Assembly (NCBI RefSeq): GCF_020745735.1
Contig: NC_083417.1
Coordinates: 72,416,001-72,480,000 of the forward strand
DNA: 64,000 nucleotides
DNA from: Hemiscyllium ocellatum
Lineage: Eukaryota
Reading direction: 5' to 3'
Notes under the pieces: generated by a model
What the model saw: only the letters and a program-made list of their open reading frames with translations
What the model was told of the DNA's origin: nothing
Databases searched by the model: none
Shown here: positions 12,819 through 24,764 of the stretch, piece by piece
Layout: each line of letters begins with the position of its first letter
Position numbering within the stretch: the stretch's first letter is position 1
Program-made: the position numbers and the translations under genes

Positions 12819-13249
12819 ACTTTGTTGGAAAAAATATGCGAAATTCGTTTTGAGCCTTTTCTCATCCTCTGACATTGCTGAAATTTTACCGTTGGGTGCT
12901 TGATGTGTTTCTTCATTTCCTTTCCAGTTGCGTTTGAGACTGTTAAGACTGACATGCATATTTTCAGCTGCATTTCAAGGAGTGTTACTCCTATTTCACA
13001 TCATTTTCTGCGTTACTTATTCATTTGTATCAATGTTTCTTCTAAATTAGTCTGGACCGTAGTGAATAATCTATATATTCCAACATAATGCCTATTTTGC
13101 TAGCAGGTCTTTGAAAGAGCTCGCACGGCTTCTAACAACCTCAACTTCATGTTCTTTAATCGTAACAACACTACATTGACAAATTGGCACTTGGAATTTT
13201 TAAAAATTCATTCATGGATATGGGTGTCGTTAACTATGCTCGAATTTAT

Positions 13250-13560
13250 TCCCCCACCTGCATCGGAAAAGCTATCAACATAATCAAGGACCCCCTACCA
13301 CCGCCACACACACACACACACACACACCAGGAACACTCTCTTCCACTCTCTTCCGTCGGGCTGAAGTTATAAACGTTTGTAAACACATTTGAACAGATTC
13401 GAGAACAGCTTCTTATCCGGTGTTATCAGACATTTGAATGCTCCATTCAATGCTAATGCTGATCTCTCCCTGCCGCTTGTACCAACAACCATAAAACACG
13501 TAACACACCTTTCACTGTACCTCGATACACGTGAGAATAATAAATAAACCTCTCCAAATG
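13250..13560 (+). mobile_element. LINE 3' fragment (Rex1/Babar-like) interrupted by (CA)n
   Basis: atcaaggaccccc...ctcttccactctcttccgtcgggc...gaacagcttcttatccggtgttatcagacatttgaatg matches a recalled fish LINE 3' end. Family assignment is from memory. Confidence 0.45.
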
Positions 13561-14169
13561 CCCTGAGAACAGTTAAAGACAACCAGTTTGCAGTGACTCC
13601 GGAATCACACGTAGGCCAGACCAGGCAAGCGGGACAAGTTCCTTCCCCAAAGGAGTTTTGTGGAGCACATGGACTTTTTCAGCAATGGACAACAGTTGCC
13701 ATGGCGGGATATGAGCACGTAACTCCATATAATACCACTAGGCCCTTGCCATCGGGCATTAATTGTGAATGTGTTCACAAAAGCAATGCAACAAACTATA
13801 TTCCACTTCCAAAAGCTCCCTTTAAAATTGGGTATTTTATTTCAAGGAGTTAAACCTAATCCCTGATATATTCGCTTTACCACCCTATCACCCCATACCC
13901 CATACTGACTGAAAACTATTCTGTCAAGGCATTTCTTTGTTCATCCCGGTTTTCCCAAAACGCTTCATGCATTAATTTTGCGAAGCATCCGGTTATGATG
14001 CCATTCCAGTTCTCTAATGTTCTAAATAGCATCCCAGTCAACATCCAGGGGGCAAAAAATTATCTTCTGACGGAACAGTACTTCTTTTGTATGTCGTTCC
14101 TATGGATGACATTGTGTCATCAAATTGTCTTCAATTCATCCCTGTTTCAATTCATGTCTTGCAGAATAG

Positions 14170-15950
14170 CATTGGATTACAGTAAAAACTTCACTTTCAC
14201 TGAGGAGATCCCATGATTCTATGATACACCAGGAGTTGAAAAGGTGTGCAAAAAAGACAATGTTACAGTGATTATGGGGGAGTTCAATACTCAGGTGAAA
14301 TGGGAAAATCAGGTTTGATGTTGGATTGCTAGAAAAAGAATTTTTGGAATATCTACTAGATGACCTTTTGGAGGAGCTTGTGGTAGAGCCTACGAGGGAA
14401 CTGGCAATAATGGAGTTAGTGCTGCGCAATAAGGCAGACTTGGTAAGACAGCTTATGATGAAGGAACCCTTCAGAGGCAGTGATCATAAGTCTCTGGGAA
14501 GCTAGAGAGGAGATTGCAGGTCCTTGGGCTTTGATGTTTGTGTTGTCATTGTCTGGGAGAAGACTTGAGGATAGCAAATGTCCCCTTGTTCAAGGTGGGG
14601 AGCAGAGACAACCCTGGTAATTATAGACCAGTGAGCCTTACTTCAGTTCTGGGTAAAGTTTTGGAAAGGATTAGAGCAGATAGGATATACAATAATCTAG
14701 AAAGAAATAATTTAGTTACGAATTGTCAACACGGTTTTGGAAGAGTACGTCAGGCCTCACAAAGCTTTTTGAGTTCTTTGAGAAGGTGACCAGACAGGAG
14801 GATGAAGATAAAGTGGTTGATGTGGTGTATATGGATTTCAATAAAGGTTCCCTACGGTTAGCTATTACACAAAATACAGAAACATGGGATTGACGGTGAT
14901 TTAGCAGTTTGGAACAGAAATTGGCTTGCTGTAAGAAGACAGAGAGTGATAGTTGTTGGGAAATGTTCAACCTGGAGTTCAGTTACTAGTGGTGTAGTGC
15001 AAGGATCTAGTTTGGGTCACTGCTGCTTCTTATTTTTATAAATGACCTGATTGAGTGTCGAAGGATGGATTAGTAAATTTTCTGCATGTCACTAAGGTCT
15101 GTGATTAATGCAAAAGGATATTGCAGGTTACAAAAGGAGATAGATAAGCTGCAGAGCTGGGCTTAGATTTGGTAAATGGAGTTCAATGTGCAAAAGTGTG
15201 AGGTGATTCACTGTGGAAGGAATAACAGGAATACAGGGTAATGGGTTAATGGTCAGATTCTTGGTAGTGTGGATGAGCAGAGAGATCTCAGTGTCCATGC
15301 TCATCGATACCTGAAACTTTTTTTTACCGTGGTTGATAGGCAGGCATACAATGTGTTAAGTTTTATTTGTAGAGGGATTGGGTTTTGCAGCCAGGAGGTC
15401 TTGTTGCAGCTGTACAAAAGCCTGGTGCAGGCTTACTTGGAGTATTGTGTACAGTTCTGGTTGCCACATTATAGGAAGGATGTGAAGCATTGTAAAGAGT
15501 GCAGAGGAGAGTTACCGAGATATTGCCTCGCATGGAGGGAATGTATTATGAGGAAAGGGTGAGGGACTTCAGGTTTAAAAAGAAGAAGGTTGAGAAACTA
15601 CTTAATAGGGACTTACAAGATGGTCAGAGGATTAGATAGGGTGGACTGTGAGAGCCTTTTTCCTTCGATGGTGATGGCTAGCACGAGGGGACATAACTTT
15701 ATTTTGAGGGGTGATAGATGTGGGACAGATGTCAGAGGTAGATTCTTTACTCAGGGAGTAGTAAGGACGTGGAATGCACTTCCTGCAACAGTGGTAGACT
15801 CGCCAACTTTAAAGGCATTTTAATGGTCATTGGATAAATTATGAATGAAAATGGAATAGTGTAGATTAGATGCAATTCAGATTAGTTCCACAGGTCAACG
15901 CAACATCAATGACCGAAGGACCTGCATTGCGTTGTAACGTTCTATGTTCT
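14170..15950 (+). mobile_element. CR1/HER1 LINE fragment
   Basis: Endonuclease remnant, NPGNYRPVSLTSVLGKVLE, VVYMDF and YLEYCVQFW, ending in a ttctatgttct tail. Confidence 0.9.
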
Positions 15951-17078
15951 AACATCTATCTAATTTATTGTCAGCAATTCGAACCATTACTTTCCAAAGG
16001 ACAATTTATAATGTTGCTGTCTTGCCGTAGGTTTGTTTTTCTTTCATTCAGTACAAATTATCCATCCCTGATTTCCATTTTTGTAATTTACTTACTGATT
16101 CACTGTAGCAAAAACAGAAATTGCTGGAGAAACTCAACAAGGCTGGCACCATTCCGTTCCTGATGCATACTGTATCCTGCTTGATTCCATTGCTGCAACC
16201 TGGTTAATTCCGTGGCCAATCAGGAAAATATTCTACTAAGGATAAATACAGTGGAGCCCCATAGCTCAATGACATTAATGAACGAATTGAATCCAAATAA
16301 GGAGTTTACTGTGACATGAATCCATTTTTATTTTTGCGATGATGCGATGGATGATTTGCAGGAAATGAGCATCACTTCAATGAACATTTTCCATGTTTGA
16401 AAAGAAACAAAATAACTGCGGATACTGGAGTTCAGAAAAAGCGAACAGAACTTAGAATTCTGAGATAGGGTCACTGGAACTGTAGCGTTTCTTCAGATTT
16501 CTCTCTTTAGAAGTTGCCAGACCTGCTGAGTTTCTTTTTCCAGCAATTTCTGTTTATTCCATGTTTGAAATAGACAGTAACCAGAATTATGCGGCCAGAA
16601 ACTGCATGGATTCTGTGACATATGACCCTTTGCCAGCTACAGGAGAAGATTATGATGGAAACCCGCTAAATTCTGTATGCAACAATATTCTACAGTAGTC
16701 TGAATAAAATCCATCGATGACAGTATTCACAGGGCAGATTATAATCACACTATTAAGGTCACTCTGCTTGCAGCAAGCGACATCTACAAAATGCATTGTG
16801 TTCCTTGCCAACCCTTTTAAAACACAAACTCTCAAATCACTGTGCTGAATACCAACAAAGGTAGGAGAGAATGGCAACAAGGGAGAACGAGCACAGCTGA
16901 TTTATCTGCACAGTTAAAAGAAGATTTGACTGAATTCACATCACCCTTCCTTCACCATGATGGGATAAGGATGCTACAAATTGATGGGTGAGAACACAGC
17001 ACAAATACTTTCATAATCTCAAAAGTAGCAATTAAAGATAACTTCACTAAATTGCATAGTCAGGGAAATGGTGATTGA

Positions 17079-17123
17079 TATATATATATATATATATACG
17101 CACACACACACACACACACACAC
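17079..17123. repeat. (TA)n(CA)n compound microsatellite
   Basis: Directly visible. Confidence 0.95.
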
Positions 17124-17206
17124 AAAATAGGAATTAATAGTTGGTGTAACCCCAGGATGTCCATATTATTGTTGTGGTTCTGTTCGCCGAGCTGGAAGTT
17201 TTTGCT

Positions 17207-17246
17207 GCAAACGTTTCGTTCCCTGGCTAGGGAACATCATCAGTGC
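17207..17246 (-). ncRNA. Minimal hammerhead motif (PLE family 2)
   Basis: GCA-CUGAUGA-U-GUUCCCU AGCC AGGGAAC-GAAA-CGUU-UGC: perfect 7-bp stem II and palindromic AACGUU stem III. Confidence 0.75.
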
Positions 17247-17304
17247 TATTGGAGCCTCCTGTGAAGCGCTGCTTTGATGTTTCTTCCGGTATTTATAGTG
17301 GTTT

Positions 17305-17460
17305 GTTCTTGCCGCTTCCGGGTGTCAGTTTCAGCTGTAGTAGTTTGTATGTGGGGTCCAGGTCGATGTGTCTGTTGATGGATGTTCTTGCCGCTTCCGG
17401 GTGTCAGTTTCAGCTGTAGTGGTTTGTATATGGGGTCCAGGTCCATGTGTCTGTTAATGG
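17305..17460. repeat. 79-bp tandem duplication in the PLE-2 3' region
   Basis: gttcttgccgcttccgggtgtcagtttcagctgtagt...gtgtctgtt starts at both 17305 and 17384. Confidence 0.9.
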
Positions 17461-19320
17461 AGTTTGTGGATGAATGCCATGCCTCTAGGAATTCCCTGGC
17501 TGTTCTCTGTCTGGCTTGTCCTATGATGGTAGGGTTTTCCCAGTCAAATTCATGTTCCTGGTTGTCTGAGTGTATGGCTACTAGGGATAGCTGGTCGTGT
17601 CGTTTTGTGGCTAGCTGATGTTCATGGATGCGGATTGTTAGCTGTCTTCCTGTTTGTCCTATATAGTGTTTTGTGCAGTCCTTGCATGGTATTTTGTAAA
17701 CTACGTCAGTTTGGCTCGTGCTGGCTATTGGGTCCTTTGTTCTAGTGAGTTGTTGTCTGAGTGTGGAAGTTGGCCTGTGTGCTGTTATGAGTCCTAAGGG
17801 TCACAGTAGTCTGGCTGTCAGTTCTGAGACGCTCCTGACGTATGGTAGTGTGGCTAGTCCTTTTGGTTGTGGCATGTCCTCGTTCCATGGTCTATCTCTT
17901 AGGCATCTGGTGATAAAGTTGCGTGGGTATCCGTTTTTGGCGAATACCTTGTATAGGTGTTCCTCTTCCTCTTTTCGCAGTTCTGGTGTACTGCAGTGTG
18001 TTGTGGCTCTTTTGAATAGTGTCCTGATGCAGCTTCGTTTGTGTGTGTTGGGGTGGTTACTTTCATAGTTTGAGACTTGGTCTGTGTGTGTTGGTTTCCT
18101 GTGTACCCTTGTGGTGAATTCTCCGTTGGGTGTTCTCTCTACTAACACGTCTAGGAATGGGAGTTAGCTATCCTTTTCCTCTTCTCTCGTGAATCGTATT
18201 CCTGTGAGTGTGGCGTTGATGATTCGGTGTGTTTTTTCTATGTCTGTGTTTTTGATGATTACAAAGGTGTCATCGACGTATCTGATCCAGAGTTTGGGTT
18301 GGATTTGTGGTAGGGCTGTTTGTTCTAACCTTTGCATAACTGCCTCTGCTATGAGTCCCGAGATTGGTGATCCCATGGGTGTTCCGTTGATTTGTTCGCA
18401 TATCTGATTGTTGAATGTAAAGTGTGTGGTGAGGCACAGGTCTAGTAGTTTAAGTATGCCGTCCTTGTTGATAGGTTCGGCCTCCTGTGTTCTGTTATGT
18501 ATGTCCAGTAGATTGGCTATTGTTTCTCTGGCTAGGGTTTTGTCAATTGATGTGAACAGTGCCGTCACGTCGAATGATACCATGCTTTCTTCTTTGTCTA
18601 TGTGTGTATTCCTGATGATGTCCAAGAATTCCTGCGTTGATTGTATGGAGTGTTTGGATCCGCTGACTAGGTGTTTCAGTTTTTGTTGTAGTTCTTTGGC
18701 CAGTTTGTATGCTGGTGTCCCTGGTAGTGATACTATGGGTCTGAGTGGGATGTCTGGTTTGTGTACTTTGGGTAGTCCGTAGAATCTGGGGGTGTTGTTG
18801 CTTTCAGGTTTCATTCTTTGCTGGTCTGCTTTGGTTATCTGTCCGTTTTTTTGTAGGTTCCTTAGTGTGTTGATTATTCTATTGGTGAGTTGTGGTGTGG
18901 GGTCAGAATCCTTCATTTGGTAGGTGTTGGTGTCTGCGAGTAGTTGCTGTGCTTTATTGATGTAGTCTGATTTATCTAAGATGACCGTCATTCTGCCTTT
19001 ATCTGCCGGTAGTATGATTATGTTCTTGTCATTTTTCAGTGCTTTCAGTGCTTCCCTCTCCTTGGTGTTGAGGTTATGTGTATGTCGTTTTCTTATCATC
19101 ATAGGTACGACAGTTTGTCTCACTGTTTGTTGTGTCTCTTCTGTCAGTCCATTGTTCCTGAGTGTGCATTCTAGTGCTGCTAGGAAGTCTGCTGTGTTGG
19201 CATCCCTGTAGTTGTATTTAAGTCCCTTGGCCAGTATAGTTCTTTCCATGTCTGTGGGCTATATTATTATTTTTGTCCGTATTATTTTAAATTCTTTAAA
19301 CTAGTGGGAGATATTTAAAT

Positions 19321-21515
19321 AGCTATGCTAGACTCGAGAGCTTTGACGAACAGTAGCCAAATTTCTGAATTATACTAAATTGGAGGAAGGCAAATTTTGA
19401 CCGCATTAGGCAAGAACTTTAATACGTTGATTGGTGGCAAATATTTACAGGTAAAGGGACAGTTGGAAAATGGGAAGCCTTCAAAAATGAGATAACGAGA
19501 GTCCCTAGACAGTGCATTCCTGTTTGGGTGAGACAAAGCTGGAATGTGTAGGGAATGCTGGCTGAAAGAGAAATTGAGGTTTTGGTCAAGAAATAAAGGA
19601 AGCCTATGTCAGATATAGACAACAGGGATCGAGTGAATCCTTAGGAGAGGATAAAGGCAGCAAGAGTATACATAAGAGGGAAATCAGGAAGGCAAAAATG
19701 GGACATGAGATAGCTTTGGCAAACAGGGTTAAGGAGAATCCAAAGGGTTTTTATAAATATATTTAAGGATAAAGTGTTAATTGGGGAGAGAATTGGGTCC
19801 CTCAACGTACAGCAAGGCAGCCAACGTGCGGAACTGCAGGAGATGGGGAGATCCTAAACGAGTATTTTGCATCAGCCTTCACTGTGGAGAAGGACAGAGA
19901 AGATATTAAATGCCGGGAAATTGATAGTGACATCTTAAAAAATGTCCATGTTACAGAGGAAGAGGTGCTGGATGTTTTAAAATGCATAAAAGTGGATAAA
20001 TCCTCAGGACCTGATCAGTTGTACCCTAAAACTCTGGGAAGCAAGGGAAGTGATTGCTGGGCCCCTTGCTGAGATATTAGTAGTCACGGGCGAAGTGCCA
20101 GAACACTAGAGATCGGCTAATATGGTGCCACTATTTAGGTAAGTTGGCAAAGAAAAACCAGGGAGCTATACACCGGTGAGCCACATATCAGTGGTGAACA
20201 CGTTGCTGGAGGGAATCGTGAGGGACAGGATTTACATACATTTGGAAAGGAAAGAACTGATTCAGGATAGTCAGCATGTCATTGTGTGTGGGAAATTGTG
20301 TCTCATGAATTTGATTGAATTTTTTTTAAAACGTAACGAAGAGGATTGATGAGGGCAGAGTGGTGGACATGATCTAAAGAGATATTAGAAAGGCATTCGA
20401 CAAGGTTCCTCCTGGTAGACTGGTCAGCAAGATTAGATCTCGGAGAGTACGGGGAGACCTAGCCATTGGATGCAGAACTGTCTCGAAGGTAGAATGCAGA
20501 GGATGGTCATGGTGAGTTGCCTTTCAGACTGAGGCCTGTAACCAATGGTCTGCCACACAGTTCAGTGCTGGGTCCACTGCTTTTTGTCATTTATCTAAAT
20601 GATCTGGAGTGAACATAGGAAATATAGTTTGCAGCTGACACCAAAATTGTAGATGTAGTGGACAGATAAGAATGTTACCTCAGAGTGTATTGGGATCTTG
20701 ATCAGATGGGCCAATGGGTCAAGGAGAGGCCATTGAAGTTTAATTTAGGTAAATGTGAGGTGCTGCACATTGGAAAGGCAAATCAAGACTTAGTGGTAAT
20801 GTCTGGGGAGTGTTGCTGGATAAAGAGGCCTTGGAGTGCGGATTCATAGCTCCTTGAAAGTGGAGTATTGGATAGATAAGATGATGAAGAAGGCATTTGG
20901 TATGCTTTCCTTTATCGGTCAGAGCATTGAGTATAGGAGTTGGGAGGTCATGTTGCAGCTATACAGACATTGTTTAGGCCACTTTTGGAATATTGCAATT
21001 CTGGTCTCCTTCCTATCGGAAGGATGTTGTGAAACTTGAAAGGGTTCAGAAAAGATTCATAAGGATGTTGCCAGGGTTGGAGGATTTGAGCTATAGGGAA
21101 AGGCTGAATTTGTGGACCTGTTTTCCCTGGTGCATCAGAGACCTTATAGACGTTTATAAAGTCATAAGGGGCATGGCTTTGGCAAATGGACAAGGTATTT
21201 TCGTTGGGGTGGTGGAGTTCAGAACCAGAGGGCATAGATTTAAGGTGAGAGGGGTAAAATTTAAAAGGGAAGTCAGGGCAACGTTTTCATGCAGAGGGTG
21301 GTGTGAGAATGGAATGAACTGCACGAGGATGTGGTGGAGGGTGGTGCAATTACAGCATTTAAAAGCATCTGGATGAGTATATGAATAGGAACAGTATGGA
21401 GGCATATGGACCAAGTGCTGACAAATGGCATTAGATTAGGTAAGGATACCTGGTTGACATGGACATGTTGGACCGAAGGGTCAGTTTCCGTGCTGTGCAT
21501 CTCTATGACTCGATG
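19321..21515 (+). mobile_element. CR1/HER1 LINE ORF2 3' part, decayed
   Basis: KVDKSSGPDQLYP and YCVQFWSPSYRKDVVKLERVQKRF, with a ctctatgactc tail. Confidence 0.9.
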
Positions 21516-21654
21516 ATTCACTGCATGTAATGCTGGCCAGAAACGCGTGAAAGATCTCACAACCAACACAGTTGTCTGTTATTTTATTCCAAGAAATATC
21601 CCTTTAGTGCTGTGTATGTTTACACTGGCCCAATCAGAGTTCAGTGACACTCAC

Positions 21655-21964
21655 AATGTACGATCAGCCCTGTCCCATTTCCATTGAAAATCTTCCTGCC
21701 CGAGACCCTAATCCTACAATAATAGATTTCGGACTCCTGGAAATCTAGATTCAGCAGCTGGAGAACAGTGGATCCTAGCTTGAATGGTGACATTATTTTC
21801 CTTGGCTCTGCTGTCGGATCCAAAGTTTTGCCCTGGTCGCCTTTCTGCCAGTATACGTCTACTGCTGAATAGTGGAATGGAACAATACATGGACACATTT
21901 GTACCTTCCACTTCAGTCAGGCATGCGGAGATCTGAGTTACAGAGAAAGGGGTTCCTTTGGCAG
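21655..21964 (-). pseudogene. Frameshifted VJ-type V exon
   Basis: ttttgctgacag| acceptor and T|gtgagt donor, 310 nt (not a multiple of 3). AKGTPFSVTQISACLTEVEGTNVSMYCSIPL //fs// SAVDVYWQKG...VLQLLNLDFQESEIYYCRIRVSGRKIFNGNGTGLIVH. The GNGTxLxV end resembles NKp30 (GNGTRLVV). Confidence 0.9.
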
Positions 21965-22211
21965 CTGTCAGCAAAAGAAGAAACACACACACGTATATTA
22001 GCATGGAACTCTTTCGATGCAGAAATGTCTGCACAGTTTTCTTTAATCACTTTGCTAGGCTGGATCTCTGCTTGTCATAATAAGAGTTTGGCACGAACAA
22101 AAATGAAAAGTGACATCAGAGAAAGCTCCTCAGTGCAGTGGCTGATAATAGCTGTTAATTTGACTATTATCGGTCATTTTCAGATTGAAGGTAAATAGGA
22201 GAAATACTTAC

Positions 22212-22311
22212 AGATTAGAAACTAGAAGACTAGTTGGAAATAAAAAAAACAAACTAAGAAATAACCAAATAAAATAGTGATATAGTGCCAGTCGCTGTGT
22301 TGTGCCTGCAT
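22212..22311 (-). pseudogene. Candidate leader exon with in-frame stop
   Basis: ATG at 22311, hydrophobic MQAQHSDWHYITILFGYFLVCFFYFQLVF*FLI, strong phase-1 donor T|gtaagt about 250 nt upstream of the V exon. Confidence 0.35.
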
Positions 22312-22539
22312 GATGAGTGAACAGGTGAATAGCTTTGTGGTTCAAAGAAATCATGTTTACAGCAAGTTTTCGTTGCTTGAGAAACGCAGCTCAGAATTGA
22401 TCGTGTAGATATGACTTCCATAACTACAATGCATCAGGAAGGGTTACCTGGATGCTGTATTTCATGAGTCAGTCACGCTTTTTAGATTAACTATCTCCAA
22501 TTCTACCAGTGGTCAGGGTCGGGAAGGTGTGATAAAGAG

Positions 22540-22830
22540 CAAAAAAAAACAAAGAATTGCAGATGCAGGAAATCAGAAATTGCTGGGAAAATCCAGTAAG
22601 TTAAAACTGAAGTTCGGAAGAAGGATTATTGGACTCAAAGTATTAACTCTGCTTTCTGTGACGTGAGCTACCCAGACCTGCTAAGATTTTGCTGGAAAAT
22701 CTGAACAGGTCTGGGTAGCGTCAGTGGAGAGAAAGCAGAGTGAATGTTTTGAGTCCAATGATCTTGCTTCAGAACTCCAGTTTTGACCTGCTGAGTTTTT
22801 CCAGCAACTTCTGTTTTTGTGACCACCAGT
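22540..22830. mobile_element. Complex inverted PLE-type tail fragments (fourth family; similar pieces at 16110-16150, 16400-16560, 25020-25140)
   Basis: Inverted arms ttaactctgctttct...ccagacctg and caggtctggg...agaaagcagagtgaa, with degenerate hammerhead-like cores. Confidence 0.55.
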
Positions 22831-23023
22831 GAGGCAGGTGAAGGAATCTAGGCGATGGTGCTGAAGGGACCTTAGCTCTTGAGCTGGTCTAACAGGTTTA
22901 AGCTTCTTGTTCCCTGTAGATAAGAGAGAGTAGCTTTTATTTGCCATTTCTACATATACGACTGATACAGTAAAAAAAAAGACAGCGTTCCTCCAGGACC
23001 AAGATGCTACATGGACAGCATAA

Positions 23024-23205
23024 CTACAAATTACAGTATAATAATCGAATGGTAATAAATAGATATTGTTCTCCGCAGCAATTCAAGGTCATGCAAAGAA
23101 TTTCAGAGGGAGGAGTCCGATCATACAGTGATAATGAGCCTGATAACTTGGACGAAGAAACTGTTGCATAGTTTGGCCGTGAGAGTCCGAATGCTCTGAC
23201 ATCTT
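23024..23205 (-). other. Orphan exon-like segment with tyrosine motifs (PNYATV, SLYDRT, ILCMTL)
   Basis: Very long polypyrimidine tract ending ...ccatttggcag|AA. Open frame EDVRAFGLSRPNYATVSSSKLSGSLSLYDRTPPSEILCMTLN. Confidence 0.3.
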
Positions 23206-24764
23206 CTGCCAAATGGCAGGAGGGAGAAAAGTTTGAGTGAAGGGGGTGGGGACCGGCAGGGGTGTGGGAGGGATTGCAAGGAGAATGAGAAAACTACACA
23301 TAACACATGATTGGGGAAGGGGAGAAAAGATATCAGAGCAATAGGCCCTGCTCTTCGTGGCCAGGATTCAGAGACCTGAAGGCAATACCAACTGCCCAGA
23401 GACCAACTTCAGAATATCATGCTTGAATGGAAAAGTAACTTGGATTGGGAGGTAAAAGATCTACGGTTAGTCCATAGAGATCCCAAGGATAGAGGTAGAA
23501 CGAGGAAAGTGGTTCTGCTCACGGAATATGAACAGGCAGGGGTTAAATTAATCAACAACCCCCAAAATGTAATAATTTCAAGATTACTACCTGAGCCACA
23601 AGCAAAATAGTACAAGGTCAACAAGCTTAAAGAGATAAATATATGTTTCAAAAATTTATATGGGGAAATGGGTTCAAATCGAGAACTGGACAGGAGTACT
23701 GCCATTTGTAAAACAATGTTGCCTAAGATGATCCAATAAACTTCCAACTAGATTGTTAAATGCACCGTGGTAGTACATTGTATTACATTACAGTCCAGAT
23801 AAATGATGTTCACTGCTTTCCTCATTGTCGTCTGCAATGCCTATATCGATTTTTGTATTTACTGAATCTAACAGGCTTTACCATTTTCAGAATGAAGGAA
23901 TATCTGGAAAATCATGGACTTCTTCTGCAGAAAGATCTGCCTTGTGTCCAGAGAGAGTTTGCATTTACTAACCAAATTATTGAGTAGAATAACAACAAGA
24001 TAATGCCGGGGCAACATAAAATGATGTTTAATTCACAACTGAAGTACTTCATGCAGTTCGAGTCACCACATTCAGGAAGGGATATTATTGGACTAAACTA
24101 CTGTTTTAAATTAAGACGCAGGAGTTAAGAGTAGTTTTTGTTATTTTATTTACTCGGAGGGTGCTGCAACTCTGGAACACATTCCTTGAAAGGATGGTTG
24201 AATCCGAATTCTTGAACCATGTAAGTAACCTTTCGCCTCCAGACTGATTGGTCAAAAGTTGGAAAATGGGATGATAGCATTCAGATCTTTCTTTCCCATC
24301 GTGTATACGATATGTCCAATGTCCTCATCATGTGCTGAAAACGGCTATGACCAAAGTGTCTTTATCCGTGTCTGAAGTTCGCAAATAGTGCTAGTTATCA
24401 TGCAATCAAAAAAGCACTTGGAGAAAGGGCGAAATATGGTTGCACCTAAGATATGCTCCTGTGCAACTCCTGAATTTATATCGAGGTCCTGAGATGCTTG
24501 ACCCCCAAAAAGCACAATGAGTTTATTTTGTGCTGTGTGTGACTTCAACCCATAAAGAGTTCCCCTATGATTCTCACTGAGAGCAATTTTACTGGGAGGC
24601 TTTGATGCTGCATTCAGTCAATACATGCCGTGTTGTGAGCGAAGCCATTTTCACCTCACCCTGAGCATTCAACTTATTAGTCCATCTTTGATCCGAACAT
24701 TTAAGGAGATTAGCAGGCAAGTCATGCGGGTGAAAATGCAAACTGAGTGCTTGTAATTGAGTCA

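Larger units (their letters stand above)
17169..19250 (-). mobile_element. Penelope-like element family 2, 5'-truncated, RT + GIY-YIG
   Basis: ORF 18164-19249 has RFYGLPKVHK, SFDVTALFTS, NGTPMGSPIS and WIRYVDD. The downstream frame carries VYKIPCKDC.KHYIGQTGR (GIY-YIG). One frame break near 18164. Confidence 0.93.
6022..22311 (-). pseudogene. Disabled paralogue of the VJ-C1-TM-ITIM receptor, divergently oriented
   Basis: Same exon order (leader?, V, C1, TM, cyto1, ITIM exon). V exon frameshifted, C1 has two stops and has lost the B-strand Cys, cyto1 is out of phase, and the candidate leader has a stop. Confidence 0.85.

Noticed and set aside
21965-22034. Apparent signal peptide MLIYVCVFLLLLTAAKG in ORF 21714-22034
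   Set aside because: The hydrophobic stretch is the translated (GT)n plus polypyrimidine tract of a splice acceptor (tttcttcttttgctgacag|), so it is intronic.
23242-23272. Canonical G-quadruplex motif (five G-tracts)
   Set aside because: It is the complement of a pyrimidine-rich tract; a single motif with no supporting context.
23565-23615. J-segment-like peptide YYFACGSGSNLEI on the - strand
   Set aside because: No upstream RSS and no donor at the expected position; half of it is an acceptor tract.
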